Shown piece after piece: positions 38,085 through 48,809 of a stretch of 64,000 nucleotides of DNA. Origin of the DNA: Eledone cirrhosa. Its lineage: Eukaryota. The DNA is taken from the NCBI GenBank assembly GCA_964016885.1, contig OZ024740.1, forward strand, positions 357,430,001 through 357,494,000, in the 5' to 3' direction. Under the pieces are notes generated by a model. It ran no database searches and had not been told where the DNA came from. It saw only the letters and a program-made list of their open reading frames with translations. How positions within the stretch are numbered: the first letter of the stretch is position 1; each line of letters starts with the position of its first letter. The position numbers and the translations under genes are program-made.

Positions 38085-39328
38085 CTACATTTTAAATTTA
38101 TATTTATATTTAAACGTTGAATTCAATCTATGTCTGCAGCAACTGAATAAATTGCTCCTTAGATTAAGGGAATTTTTGGATTTTAATATAAAGAATATCT
38201 CCTCCACACAGAGATCACATGTCTCAGATGAGGAATTAAAAGGAATCCCTCTTGAGACAATATTCCAAAACATCGAGTACCCAACATTATCACGTTTAAG
38301 TTGCCAGAGTAAGCTTGATAGCGAAGTTGAAGATTTTTTGTTTGGATCTGTGAAAGAATTCTTATGATTATTGAAGCGAAGTTTAAATTCTGTCGAGGTG
38401 GAACCAACATAGTTGAAAGAATTTAAGTTAGTTTTAACATTACAATTGTATATTATATTTTTAACTAAGCAATTGTTATTTAACGGACATTTAGATTTAT
38501 TTCTACAGTTACAGTTATTTAATTGAATATTGTTTGGGTTATTATTGGTATTTTGGTTAGGTTTTAAATTCCTATTATTAATTCTGTTAATATTTTGTGC
38601 TAAATGTTTGGTGGACGAGTAAGTTAATTTTATAGTATGTCTATTAAAAATTGAGTAATATTTATGTGTTCTAGGGAAGCGTTTGTCAAGAGCATTAAAG
38701 AATAGTTTAGCAATGTGGGTTTTAATATTTAGTGAGAAAGGAGGGGGGGGGGCAACCATATTATATTTCTAGTTCTATTTCTTTTCCGGCTTTTGGAATT
38801 ATTGTAATGTTTTCTATTATAGTTGTTAATGTTGTTACCGTAATTAAAATTGTTATTATTTTGGTTAGTTTGCTTATTATTATCGATGTACTTAATTTTA
38901 TCACTATATCCTGCTCTAGCTAACGCTTCATTGTAATACTGCGCTTTTTCGTCGAAAATATTTTTATTAGATGAAATTCTTGAGATTCGTTCTTGAACAG
39001 AGTTCACTATAGTATTTTTAACAGATCTGGGGTGATTAGAGTTAAAATTGACATAATTCAAGTTTTCATTTAGTTTGTGAAATGGATAGTGAAGACATGT
39101 GTTGAGATTTAGTGTTACATCTAGGAAATTGACTATTCTATGGTTATTCTCTATTTCTATTTTTAGATTAAGGTAATTAAAAAATTGTATAATTTGTTTT
39201 CTTTTTCTATTTAGTTCAAAGTTATTATTTTCAATAAGTAAAAGCATGTCATCACGATATAATCCTCCGGTTACACCTGGTATTTTTCTATGCAGCGAAT
39301 TAATTATAAATAGGCCCACAAGGTCCGT
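38085..39328 (-). pseudogene. PLE RT (YRDD) and GIY-YIG ORF, 5'-truncated, one frameshift at a homopolymer (~38743-38752)
   Basis: TDLVGLF, GGLYRDDML, VNFLDVTLNL, SNHP, IIW.PPFS, CNCR..CPL..CL, IIYNC..NYVGST, FKLRFNNH, CDLCVEE, CRH. Confidence 0.9.
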
Positions 39329-40150
39329 AAGTGCATATACGTATATATATATATACATATATATCTCCGTATTTTTATAAATAGGGTAATTTTTTGAAGA
39401 TTTATCTCAGATTTTGGTACATTGACCTCAGAGTTTTAAACTAAACATATGGTCATTATTGAGCAAAATTATTTTCACACATTATATATCTATGTCTCAT
39501 TCATGAATATTGATATTTACATTATATTACCCAGTTCATATGAATTGATAATTCAAATTGATAGGACATGACGTAAAGATGTAACTGTATCATCCCTCTC
39601 TCTAGATATAGCTCTTTCTTCTCCCCTCTCTTTATATATGATGAAGTTTATGTATCTGTCGCTTTGACTTTGCCTCTCAAGTTTCTCTCTTATTTCTCTC
39701 TTGGTTTTCACCTCCCCCTATATAATTATTATTATTTTTTCTCCCTTTCGTTTCCTCCCACCTCTCTCTCTCTCTCTCTCTGTTTTCTCTTCATCTCCAT
39801 TTTTTTCTTTCTCTCCGTCTCTTCTCTAACTGTGCTTAACACTATAACTAAATAATTACCGTACTCCCTTTCTCTTAAATCTCTCTATTTGTATGGTGAA
39901 TTATTATTATTCATCTGTTGTCTTCGGTTGCCTCTCTTTTTTCACCTCCTCCTTCTTTCTCTCTCTCCTATTTCTCTCTATTTCTCTCTGTTTTTCTTTA
40001 CATACATTTCTTCTTTCTCTCCGTCTTTCTTTCTAACTGTGCTTAACACTATAACTAAATAATTATAAACACTTCACTACCAAGCCAGTTTCCTACCTTA
40101 ATGGTCGCTTATATTTATGGTACGTCAAAATTATTTATAAAACTGTTTAT

Positions 40151-40226
40151 ATATTGTATTTTATCTGACGAAGGCATGCCATATTTTTAATATGGTATTC
40201 CTGAAATATGTATAATGAAATAAATA
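40151..40226 (+). ncRNA. Hammerhead ribozyme motif (inverted copy, outer PLE)
   Basis: CTGACGA at 40165, GAAA at 40203, stem I TATTTTAT/ATGAAATA. Confidence 0.8.
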
Positions 40227-40350
40227 TGGTTTTATAAATATAGTTTCCATTTGTTTAATATCGTATATCTACTCCAAAAACTTGTCGAGTGCTTTATTTC
40301 GGTTATAAAATATTTACTTGTTGTAACCCAACAATTTTAAATAAAACTTT

Positions 40351-40399
<49 letters not shown>

Positions 40400-40879
40400 T
40401 CATCATTTTACGTCCGCTTTTCCCTGCTTGTTCATAAACATATTTTTTTATGTACATAGCTTGTATGTATGGGCCTATGTCTGTATGTATGTAAGTATGT
40501 ATGTATGTTTGTATGCTTGTATGTATGTATGTGTGTGTGTATCAATATTGATTATTGATACCTTATGGAGGGTGCATGTTTTACTACGATTGTGTATCAG
40601 CAATGACAAATAAGATGTAAAGATAATAAGAGAGAATGCTTGTGCAAGTACCCAAACTTTAGTCAGAGCATTACTGAATCCAAGGTCGACAGTATGTTGT
40701 AGTTGAAGGGCTGCTCTTATTGGTTATTATCAGTCAACAGTATGTAGTAGTTGAAGGGCTGCTCTTATTGGTTATTATCGGTCAAACATACATTTAATTG
40801 TGTTGTGTCATCTTGACATTTTCCAAAGAAAAAAGTATGAGTTATTGTTGAATGTTTACTGCTTTGTTTCTAATAATAA

Positions 40880-41426
40880 AGTAGTGGTGCTGGTGCCCCC
40901 CCCCCCTCCCCACAAAAAAGCACCCAGTCCACCCTTAACAGAAGTAGTGCTTATGACACAACAAAAAGCACCCAGTCCCACTGTAAGGTGGCAGTGATGA
41001 AAAGCACCCAGTCCCACCTATATGTTTGTAGTATTGGTGCCATGATGAAAAGCACCTAATTCTCCTTGTAAGATGGTATTACTGGTGCCATAACAAAAAC
41101 CACCCAATTCCCCCATAAAGTGACAGTGCTGGTGCCTTAATAAAAATCACCCAGTCCTCCCTGTATGGTGGTAGTACTGGTTCCTCTTCAAAAGCACCCA
41201 CTCTACTGTGGCAGTAATGTGACAGTGCTGGTGTCATGAAAATACCCCTAGTACACACACTAAAGTGGTTGGCATTAGGCAGAATATCTAAACATAGAAA
41301 CCAAGCCAGAAATGAAACATATAGGCAAGATGTGGTCACTGGACCTGTCTAGCCTCAGAATGAGACAAGCCATTTAACCCTTGCAAGCAAAAAAATAAAT
41401 ATTAGGTGGTGATGATGATGATGATG
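40880..41426 (+). repeat. SINE/RTE-tail remnant with tandemly expanded ~45 bp subrepeat (~9 units)
   Basis: Repeated GTGCTGGTGCCA..AAAAGCACCCAGTCC..CTGTAAG, then GGTTGGCATTAGG... and (GAT)n. A similar array lies on the minus strand at 44230-44435. Confidence 0.7.
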
Positions 41427-41534
41427 AAATGTCTGTGCAACTGGTATCGCTATGTCACTGTCATTTACTTTAACCTGGATGCAGAAGCAGGTAACAATTT
41501 CATCAACACACTCCAGCTTCTAATCCACAAAAGT

Positions 41535-41580
<46 letters not shown>

Positions 41581-44500
41581 GTCTTTCCAAAAGCTACTAC
41601 ATTGACCTCTGCTCCTTGGTATAGGCTAATTTCATACCACCTCTTCTTAGGCATTCTCAATCCCTTTGTCTCTCCATCTTTTGACATCTATATTGTATCT
41701 CCCCTCACAGGCTCTAACAACCATGCCCAGTCTTCAGTACCCAGAACATCAGCCCTCTGGAATTCCCATGCCTTAAGTGTTTCCTGCAAGTGTTGACAAC
41801 TATCTGTTCAAAAGAAGCATTAATAACAGTGACTTCACTAGTCTCAGAAAACCTGTGAATCTTATGAGCTTTTTGTTAGATATGCTAACTTCTTGCTGTT
41901 AGCTAACATTTTCCAATCTTTGCTTTTACTTTATTGAACTCTGTTGATATAGACCACCATTAATACTATTTCACTCATAATCGTGAATTTAAGGTAGCTG
42001 TAATTCCTGGTCTTTATATTAACCTGCAAAAATATTAATTGGTTTGATGGCGATTCTAGCTCCTCATTTAAATTAACCAACACAGCTAACACGTGTTACG
42101 CATTCCTGTACAATATTTTGCATTTAATTAGTAATTCTTTTATCACTATTCCAGCATGTACAGTGAAGTACATTTCATGATAAGGTTAATAAGAATGAAA
42201 CATGCCAAATGTTGTCTCCCATATTTGACAAAAGGATTACATTTTTTGTCACTAAACTAATGTTTTTCTCCCAATACATGGTTCAATGAAATAGATCCAC
42301 TATTTGAATTAAAATTTTTCAATAAGAACCTTTTGTTAAATTTTGTTACAAATATTATTGTCATAATGAAGTAATTAATATTTTTAGTCAATCCCCAAAA
42401 TTCTTACATTGATTAATTCAAATTAAGGCAGTGGATTGGCAGTACCAGTAGAGAGTCGGACACCATGTTTGCAGCATAGAGTTATGGCCCTTTACGTTCT
42501 GGGTTAAAATCCCGCCAAGATTAACTTTGCCTTTCATCCTTATGGGGTCTATGAAATAAAACACCAGTAATGCACTGGGGTTATGGCTGGCCTTGTGCCA
42601 AAAGCCGAAACAATTAATTAATTCAAATAGAGTGTATTTCCTAAGAAATACAGTTATGAAAAGCTTAAATATATTAATATAATACAAACCCCCAGTTTTC
42701 CTGATGCAACATGTTGACTGAATAATTTGTTATTTATTAATATTTTTATTTGTTTTATAATAATTATACCAGTGTATTGATTTACATTTTACTATATATC
42801 TAATTGTCATTTGCCTCATGCTATTTTGTCAACTTATCTAGGACTGTCATCACACAAGACTGAATCATATATATTTATGAGTAATCCAAACTTACGTCAA
42901 TAAAGAAATATTCAGGTCAGTCTTATAGTTCATTATTTCTCCTTTTCTTCTGACTGTGCTCAATAAAATTAGTATGTATGGAGCGTAGTTGAGATGAAAG
43001 TCAATCAATGCCCACATAACACTATAAAATTTCTGAATTCTGCCATAACTAGTACAAAGTCCAAAATTAATAAAGATCATCTGATGCGGGTATGTCAAAG
43101 TTTCAGACATTGTTCTGAAACAGTCATCAAGGATAATGGCTGATTCATTGAATAGTTGCATCAAGAAGAGTTTCAAATAAACTTCCTTTCTTTCATGACT
43201 TATGTGTCTTTATTAAATTCATGCAAATGTCCTCAAATAACTAAGCAACCCTGAAATATGACCACTACAATAACTACCTATATCATGAACAGAGAAATAT
43301 TGTTGAATAATGCTTAACATAACCTAGTTACCACTTAAACATGCTGCTGTTAGGTATATTCATTATCCAATGTATTTGTTACATGTTATTTGAGAGAGAT
43401 TTGGTTGCTATTTAAAGCAGGTTGAACTACCACACAGAAGCACCTTGATTGATTGAAGATTTTCCCCAGATTTAAAATGGCCATGTAGTAACTACCTCGA
43501 AATAAAAAGTATACATCATATAAATGTGTGTCATAACAAATTCTCTTATATTTCTACTTGAAAGCAGAAACTGTTCTCTATTAATAATTTCTTTTCTTAT
43601 TATTTGTTCTATTCAAATTTGTGAGAGAAATTTTTTTTCCCATGGCAAAAAATATTCTTTTGTTCACACCAAAACATAAAGTTGCTGGATCAACTTTTCT
43701 GCACTTTACTACCACTAACGCCAATTTCACTTATCAAGCTATCTATTTTTATAATTTTTAGTTTTTCTTTTACATTTTTATTTATTTATCTATTTATTTA
43801 ATTGAACATTGGCATAAGACTGCAAGTGTGTGATAGCATACATGATTTAGTAAGTAAAGATATTTTGATTAATTAAAATAACAACGTTAGTAATGAGAAC
43901 AATCATTATCTAAATGACTATGGCTGTATAATTAAGGAGTTCAGTTTGAAGTCGTCCCATGGTTTCAGGTTCACTCTTACTGACTTGCACCTTGGGTGCC
44001 AATCTTCTACAGCAGGCTCAGGTTGACCAATGGGTTGTGAGTGAAATTTGGTAGGTGGAAGCTGCAGAAATCTGTTGTACTATCACCATCATCATCTCCA
44101 TCATCATCACTGTTTAACGTTTATTTTCTATGCTTGCATGATTTAGATAGGTTGTTATGTTATGAGATAAGTCAGGTCAGGTAACCCATCTGTATTTTGG
44201 TTTAGTTTCTACAACTGGATACCCTTCCTAATGCCAACCATGTTACAATGTGGACTGAGTGCTTTTTACCAAAATGACCATCCAACAGAGTGGACTGAGT
44301 GCTTTTTCATCAAGTCACCAGCACAAACACCTTACAGGGTAGACTGGGTGCTTTTTTGTGTCACCAACAAGACTGCCTTACAGGATGGACTGGGTACTCT
44401 GTTGTTGTGGCACCAGATCACCTAACAGAGTGGATTTTGCCTTTTTTGTATGCATGGTTTCACAGGAGAAGTGTATCAGGGGTGAGGAGTGAGAGTTGGA

Positions 44501-45014
44501 GGGGAACAATTGAACAAGTTCTACATGGGTTATCTAGCTGAAAGGGTTGGTGCATGAGGATGTGGGTATAAAGACTGTAGTGGGGTAAAAAGCAAAAGAT
44601 TGGTGCAGACTAGTATCTTCTATATATTTATTTCATACTGTGCACTTTAGAAGATGGCTCTTCTGAATATAGCATACTACCAGACATCTTAATCCTGCGT
44701 CATTGCCCTTGTAAGGTTTAATTGTTCATCAGCTTTTATCACTTCATCCCAAGGAAAGACTGTGCACTGAGCTAATCCCACTCTCTGAGCGACAGTAGCT
44801 ATAACCCGAAAAGAAGAATAGATCAACATCGGTAACTATTGAGCCGCAGGTTTTATGTCGGAGTTATCCCAGTTTCCTGAGTTGCCTTCTCCTAGAAGAA
44901 TGCCCCGACAAAGGCTAGGGGTCCTTCACTCCTAGTGGTTTAACCATGTGATCGGGTATCCAGCCAGATTATTTCTATGTCCCCACGCATATACACACAC
45001 ATGCATACATGTAT

Positions 45015-45045
<31 letters not shown>

Positions 45046-45104
45046 TATGTATAGAATAAGGAAAAGCGAAGTAGTTTCAGATGTTCAAGTCCTTTAATAA
45101 TAAT

Positions 45105-45179
45105 GCTGTGATATATATTTCAATGACGACACTGGCCACACTGTTCTGTGTGCGAGTGTCGTGACATCATCAGACAGCT
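45105..45179 (-). ncRNA. Type I hammerhead ribozyme motif
   Basis: GCTGT-CTGATGA-TGTCACGACACT...AGTGTCGTCATT-GAAA-TATATA-TC-ACAGC. Confidence 0.8.
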
Positions 45180-46034
45180 TGTTACATAATAAGGTTATGT
45201 TTCTGAGGCAATCCAAATTGAATCGACATGGGAACGGATGAAGTGTGTGCTTTTGGGTTCTTCATCCGTTCCCCTGTGAGTACCAATTCACCCCCACCGG
45301 TCTGCGCAGGCGCATGTCCGAAGGAAGTTGACCATTAGCTACCGCAGATTTCAACGAAATTCGCTTAGTCAGTTCACCCTCTCAGCCAAACAATGGCCCA
45401 CCTAGGCCTGTACCATAGTTTACTGCTACCCATCCCGACTGTGGCAGTCAGCCGAAAGCCAGAGGGGATGGGAGAGTGTTAGTTTTTACAGGTCACAATA
45501 CCTCTCACCAAGCGTGGACAGTATGACTGACCATCAGCTCATAAGAGAAAATAAACTTAATTCTAGGTATCATGGTTTTACATTGGAAGTTAAGAGTGAG
45601 AGTTGGAAATAAAAATTAAAATCCTAAATCAAATATCAGAAATTATAAATTAAACAATTAAAAAGTTAACAATTGGAAATTAAAAAATTTTTCAAGTGAG
45701 AATCCGGATTGAGGTGAGTAAAAAAATATAGATTGAAGTGAGTAAATAATATGGAGAGAGATATTTAAGTAAGAAGTTCTGAGAGGGGTTCTAATGTCAC
45801 AGTTACTCTATCCACATATTGAACGACAGTACCGTACATTAGAATGGAGGGTAAACTACAGTATTCAAGGCAGTAGTCAATCTGGTACACAGTCATAATT
45901 TCCATCTCATGGAACAAAACCAAAGAAAAACAGACATAAAGTACACAAAAGAAAAGAACCAATAATGAATAAATGCAAAAACACAGAGTACATATATGCA
46001 AAATGATCCATATGATTGTCAATCTGTTTATGTC

Positions 46035-46630
46035 ATCATAATCATCATCATCATTTTACGTCCGCTTTTCCCTGCTTGCAAGGGTGGGACGGGTCTTATT
46101 CAGCACAGCATCTCTCCACTCGTCACGGTCCCTCGTCATCTCCACCGTGAGCTTCAATGATCTGAGGTCTGTTCTCACTACCTCCACCCATGTTTTTCGT
46201 GGTCTACCTCTACCACGTCTTCCTTCAACTGGCAATTCCTGGCACTTCTTCACCCATCGGTCATCCTCCATGCACATCACATGTCCATACCACCTCAGTC
46301 TCCTCTCCCGTACACTACATTCTATCCCTCTCAGACACAGTTTCTCTCTCAACACATTTATGCTGGGTCGTTCATGCACATTTACACTGCACATCCAACG
46401 GAGCATGCTTGCCTCATTTCTCTCCAGCCGTCACATATCCTCTGCAGTTGCTGCCCATGTCTCACTACCATGCAGCATCGCGCTCCTCACACAGGCATCA
46501 TACAACCGGCCTTTCATACGCAGGGAGAAACCCTTCTTCGTCAACAGAGGAAGCAGCTCCCTAAACTTCTTCCAACCCGTCCTTATTCTAGATACTATGG
46601 CCTCGGAACACCCTCCTCCCATGCTAATCT
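46035..46630 (-). mobile_element. 5'-truncated RTE LINE inside the hammerhead element
   Basis: GGGCSEAIVSRIRTGWKKFRELLP...RRLRWYGHV...GRPRKTW with one internal stop; (ATG)n tail. Confidence 0.92.
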
Positions 46631-46999
46631 GATGTATAGATTGAATTGAGGGGGCTTCTGTTCAAATGCGATTTGGTGCAGGAAAATAGGGGTTTATCTT
46701 AGTTTTTGTTTCCGCTTATTTATCCTGCCGAAAGTTATTATTATGTCCGTCCAGTGTCAGGGGTTTCCATCCCCATGGTAGAGGGAATTTCCAGGGGTAG
46801 CTCATGGTTGGTTCCTCTCTTCTCCACCATATCGGTTACATCATAGAGCGCTCAACTAATTGGAGCTAAATTATTAGGGTAAACATTGATGCAATTCAAT
46901 TCAAGCACTCAACGTACTTTTTCCACATAGGAGTGACGGAGTAAATATCGATAAGGAAAAGCGAAGTAGTTTCAGATGTTCAAGTCCTTTAATAATAAT

Positions 47000-47074
47000 G
47001 CTGTGATATATATTTCAATGAGGACACTGGCCACACTGTTCTGTGTGCGAGTGTCGTGACATCATCAGACAGCT
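47000..47074 (-). ncRNA. Type I hammerhead ribozyme motif (second tandem copy, one stem II change)
   Basis: Same motif as 45105-45179. Confidence 0.78.
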
Positions 47075-47760
47075 TGTTACATAATAAGGTTATGTTTCTG
47101 AGGCAATCCAAATTGAATCGACATGGGAATGGATGAAGTGTGTGCTTTTGGGTTCTTCATCCGTTCCCCTGTAAGTACCAATTCACCCCTACCGGTCTGC
47201 GCAGGCGCATGTCCGACCATTAGCTACCGCAGAAGTTGACCATTAGCTACCGCAGATTTCAACGAAATTCGCTTAGTCAGTTCACCCTCTCAGCCAAACA
47301 ATGACCCACCTAGGCCTGTACCATAGTTTACTGCTACCCATCCCGACTGTGGCAGTCAGCCGAAAGCCAGAGGGGATGGGAGAGTGTTAGTTTTTACAGG
47401 TCACAATACTACCTCTCACCAAGCGTGGACAGTATGACTGACCATCAACTCATAAGAGAAAATAAACTTAATTCTAGGTATCATGGTTTTACATTGGAAG
47501 TTAAGAGTGAGAGTTGGAAATAAAAATTAAAATCCTAAATCAAATATCAGAAATTATAAATTAAACAATTAAAAAATTAACAATTGGAAATTAAAAAATT
47601 TTTCAAGTGAGAGTCCGGATTGAGGTGAGTAAAAAAATATAGATTGGGGGTGAATTGGTACTCACAGGGGAACGGATGAAGAACCCAAAAGCACACACTT
47701 CATCCGTTCCCATGTCGATTCATTTGGATTGCCTCGGAAACATAACCTTATTATGTAACA

Positions 47761-47835
47761 AGCTGTCTGATGATGTCACGACACTCGCACACAGAACAGT
47801 GTGGCCAGTGTCGTCATTGAAATATATATCACAGC
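47761..47835 (+). ncRNA. Type I hammerhead ribozyme motif (inverted copy)
   Basis: CTGATGA 47767, GAAA 47819, predicted cleavage after C47830, stem I GCTGT/ACAGC. Confidence 0.8.
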
Positions 47836-48029
47836 ATTATTATTAAAGGACTTGAACATCTGAAACTACTTCGCTTTTCCTTATTCGATATTTACTCCGT
47901 CACTCCTATGTGGAAAAAGTACGTTGAGTGCTTGAATTGAATTGCATCAATGTTTACCCTTATATATATATATATATATATACACATATATACACATGCA
48001 TACATGTATATACATATTTACACATTTTT

Positions 48030-48730
48030 GGATGGCCGTTGACTTTTATGAATTCTTACGCCCTTTGTCAGGTTTTATTTTTTGTCCTGCAGGGTGTCCA
48101 AAATCACCCTCCTCACCAAGTGAACTTGGTAGGGTTGCCGTTTAGTCGCCGACAACCCAACTATGTGACTGGTTGTACTGGGTTACATGTTATAAGTAGT
48201 ACTCAAGAGTAACCCAACATACATACATGATGGCTGTATCCTCATTAGATGATCATGACCATCATTAACAGGGAGTCACCAATGCCTGTGCAAGGGTTTT
48301 AAGTCAAGTGTGGCTTGCACAACACTACAATGACTCTCACTAGTAATGCCAAGTTAGCCTAGAGACAAGAAAAGTGCAAAATATCAGGTTCAGTAGTGCA
48401 GTGGGTTTTATATACGAGTTAGTCTTCTCCTAGAGGAATGCCTTCACAAAGACTAGGAGTCCATCATTCCCAGTGAGCTTACTGTGCCCTTGGACACTAG
48501 CCTAAGTGTTTCTACAACTCAGTATATGTACATACTATTGGATGGCCATTGACTCTTATGAGCTCCTTTGCCCTTTTAGGGGTTTTATTTTTCATCCCAT
48601 GGAATGTCCAATATCACCCTCCGCACCAAGCTAGCTTGGTGGAGTTGCCTGTTTAGTTACTGCTGACCCAACTATGTGACAGGATGTACTGGGTTACATG
48701 TTACCAGTAACACTTACAGATGACCCGAAA
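48030..48730 (-). repeat. Two copies of an RTE 5'-UTR-like repeat (48030-48215, continuing at 44830-44990; and 48400-48730)
   Basis: Mutual similarity. Contains CTAGGAGAAGGCAACTC, resembling the RTE leader motif. The first copy is split by the (TA)n/PLE insertion. Confidence 0.6.
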
Positions 48731-48777
48731 TAACACAGATACATACAAGCTTACCCATGCTAGCGTGAAAGATAAAC

Positions 48778-48809
<32 letters not shown>

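Larger units (their letters stand above)
45056..47959 (-). mobile_element. Non-autonomous Penelope-like / retrozyme-like element: two direct pLTRs, one inverted pLTR, three hammerhead motifs
   Basis: Direct repeats 45056-45735 / 46951-47645 and inverted partial copy 47647-47959 with tail. Flanked by (TA)n. No RT or EN ORF. Confidence 0.85.

Noticed and set aside
42892-43176. 94-aa ORF ending at a GTAAGT donor (possible exon)
   Set aside because: No recognisable homology and no partner exons found. It could still be a lncRNA exon.
45765-46022. 85-aa hydrophobic ORF inside the hammerhead element
   Set aside because: Explained by T-rich composition. Needs family-level conservation to be credible.
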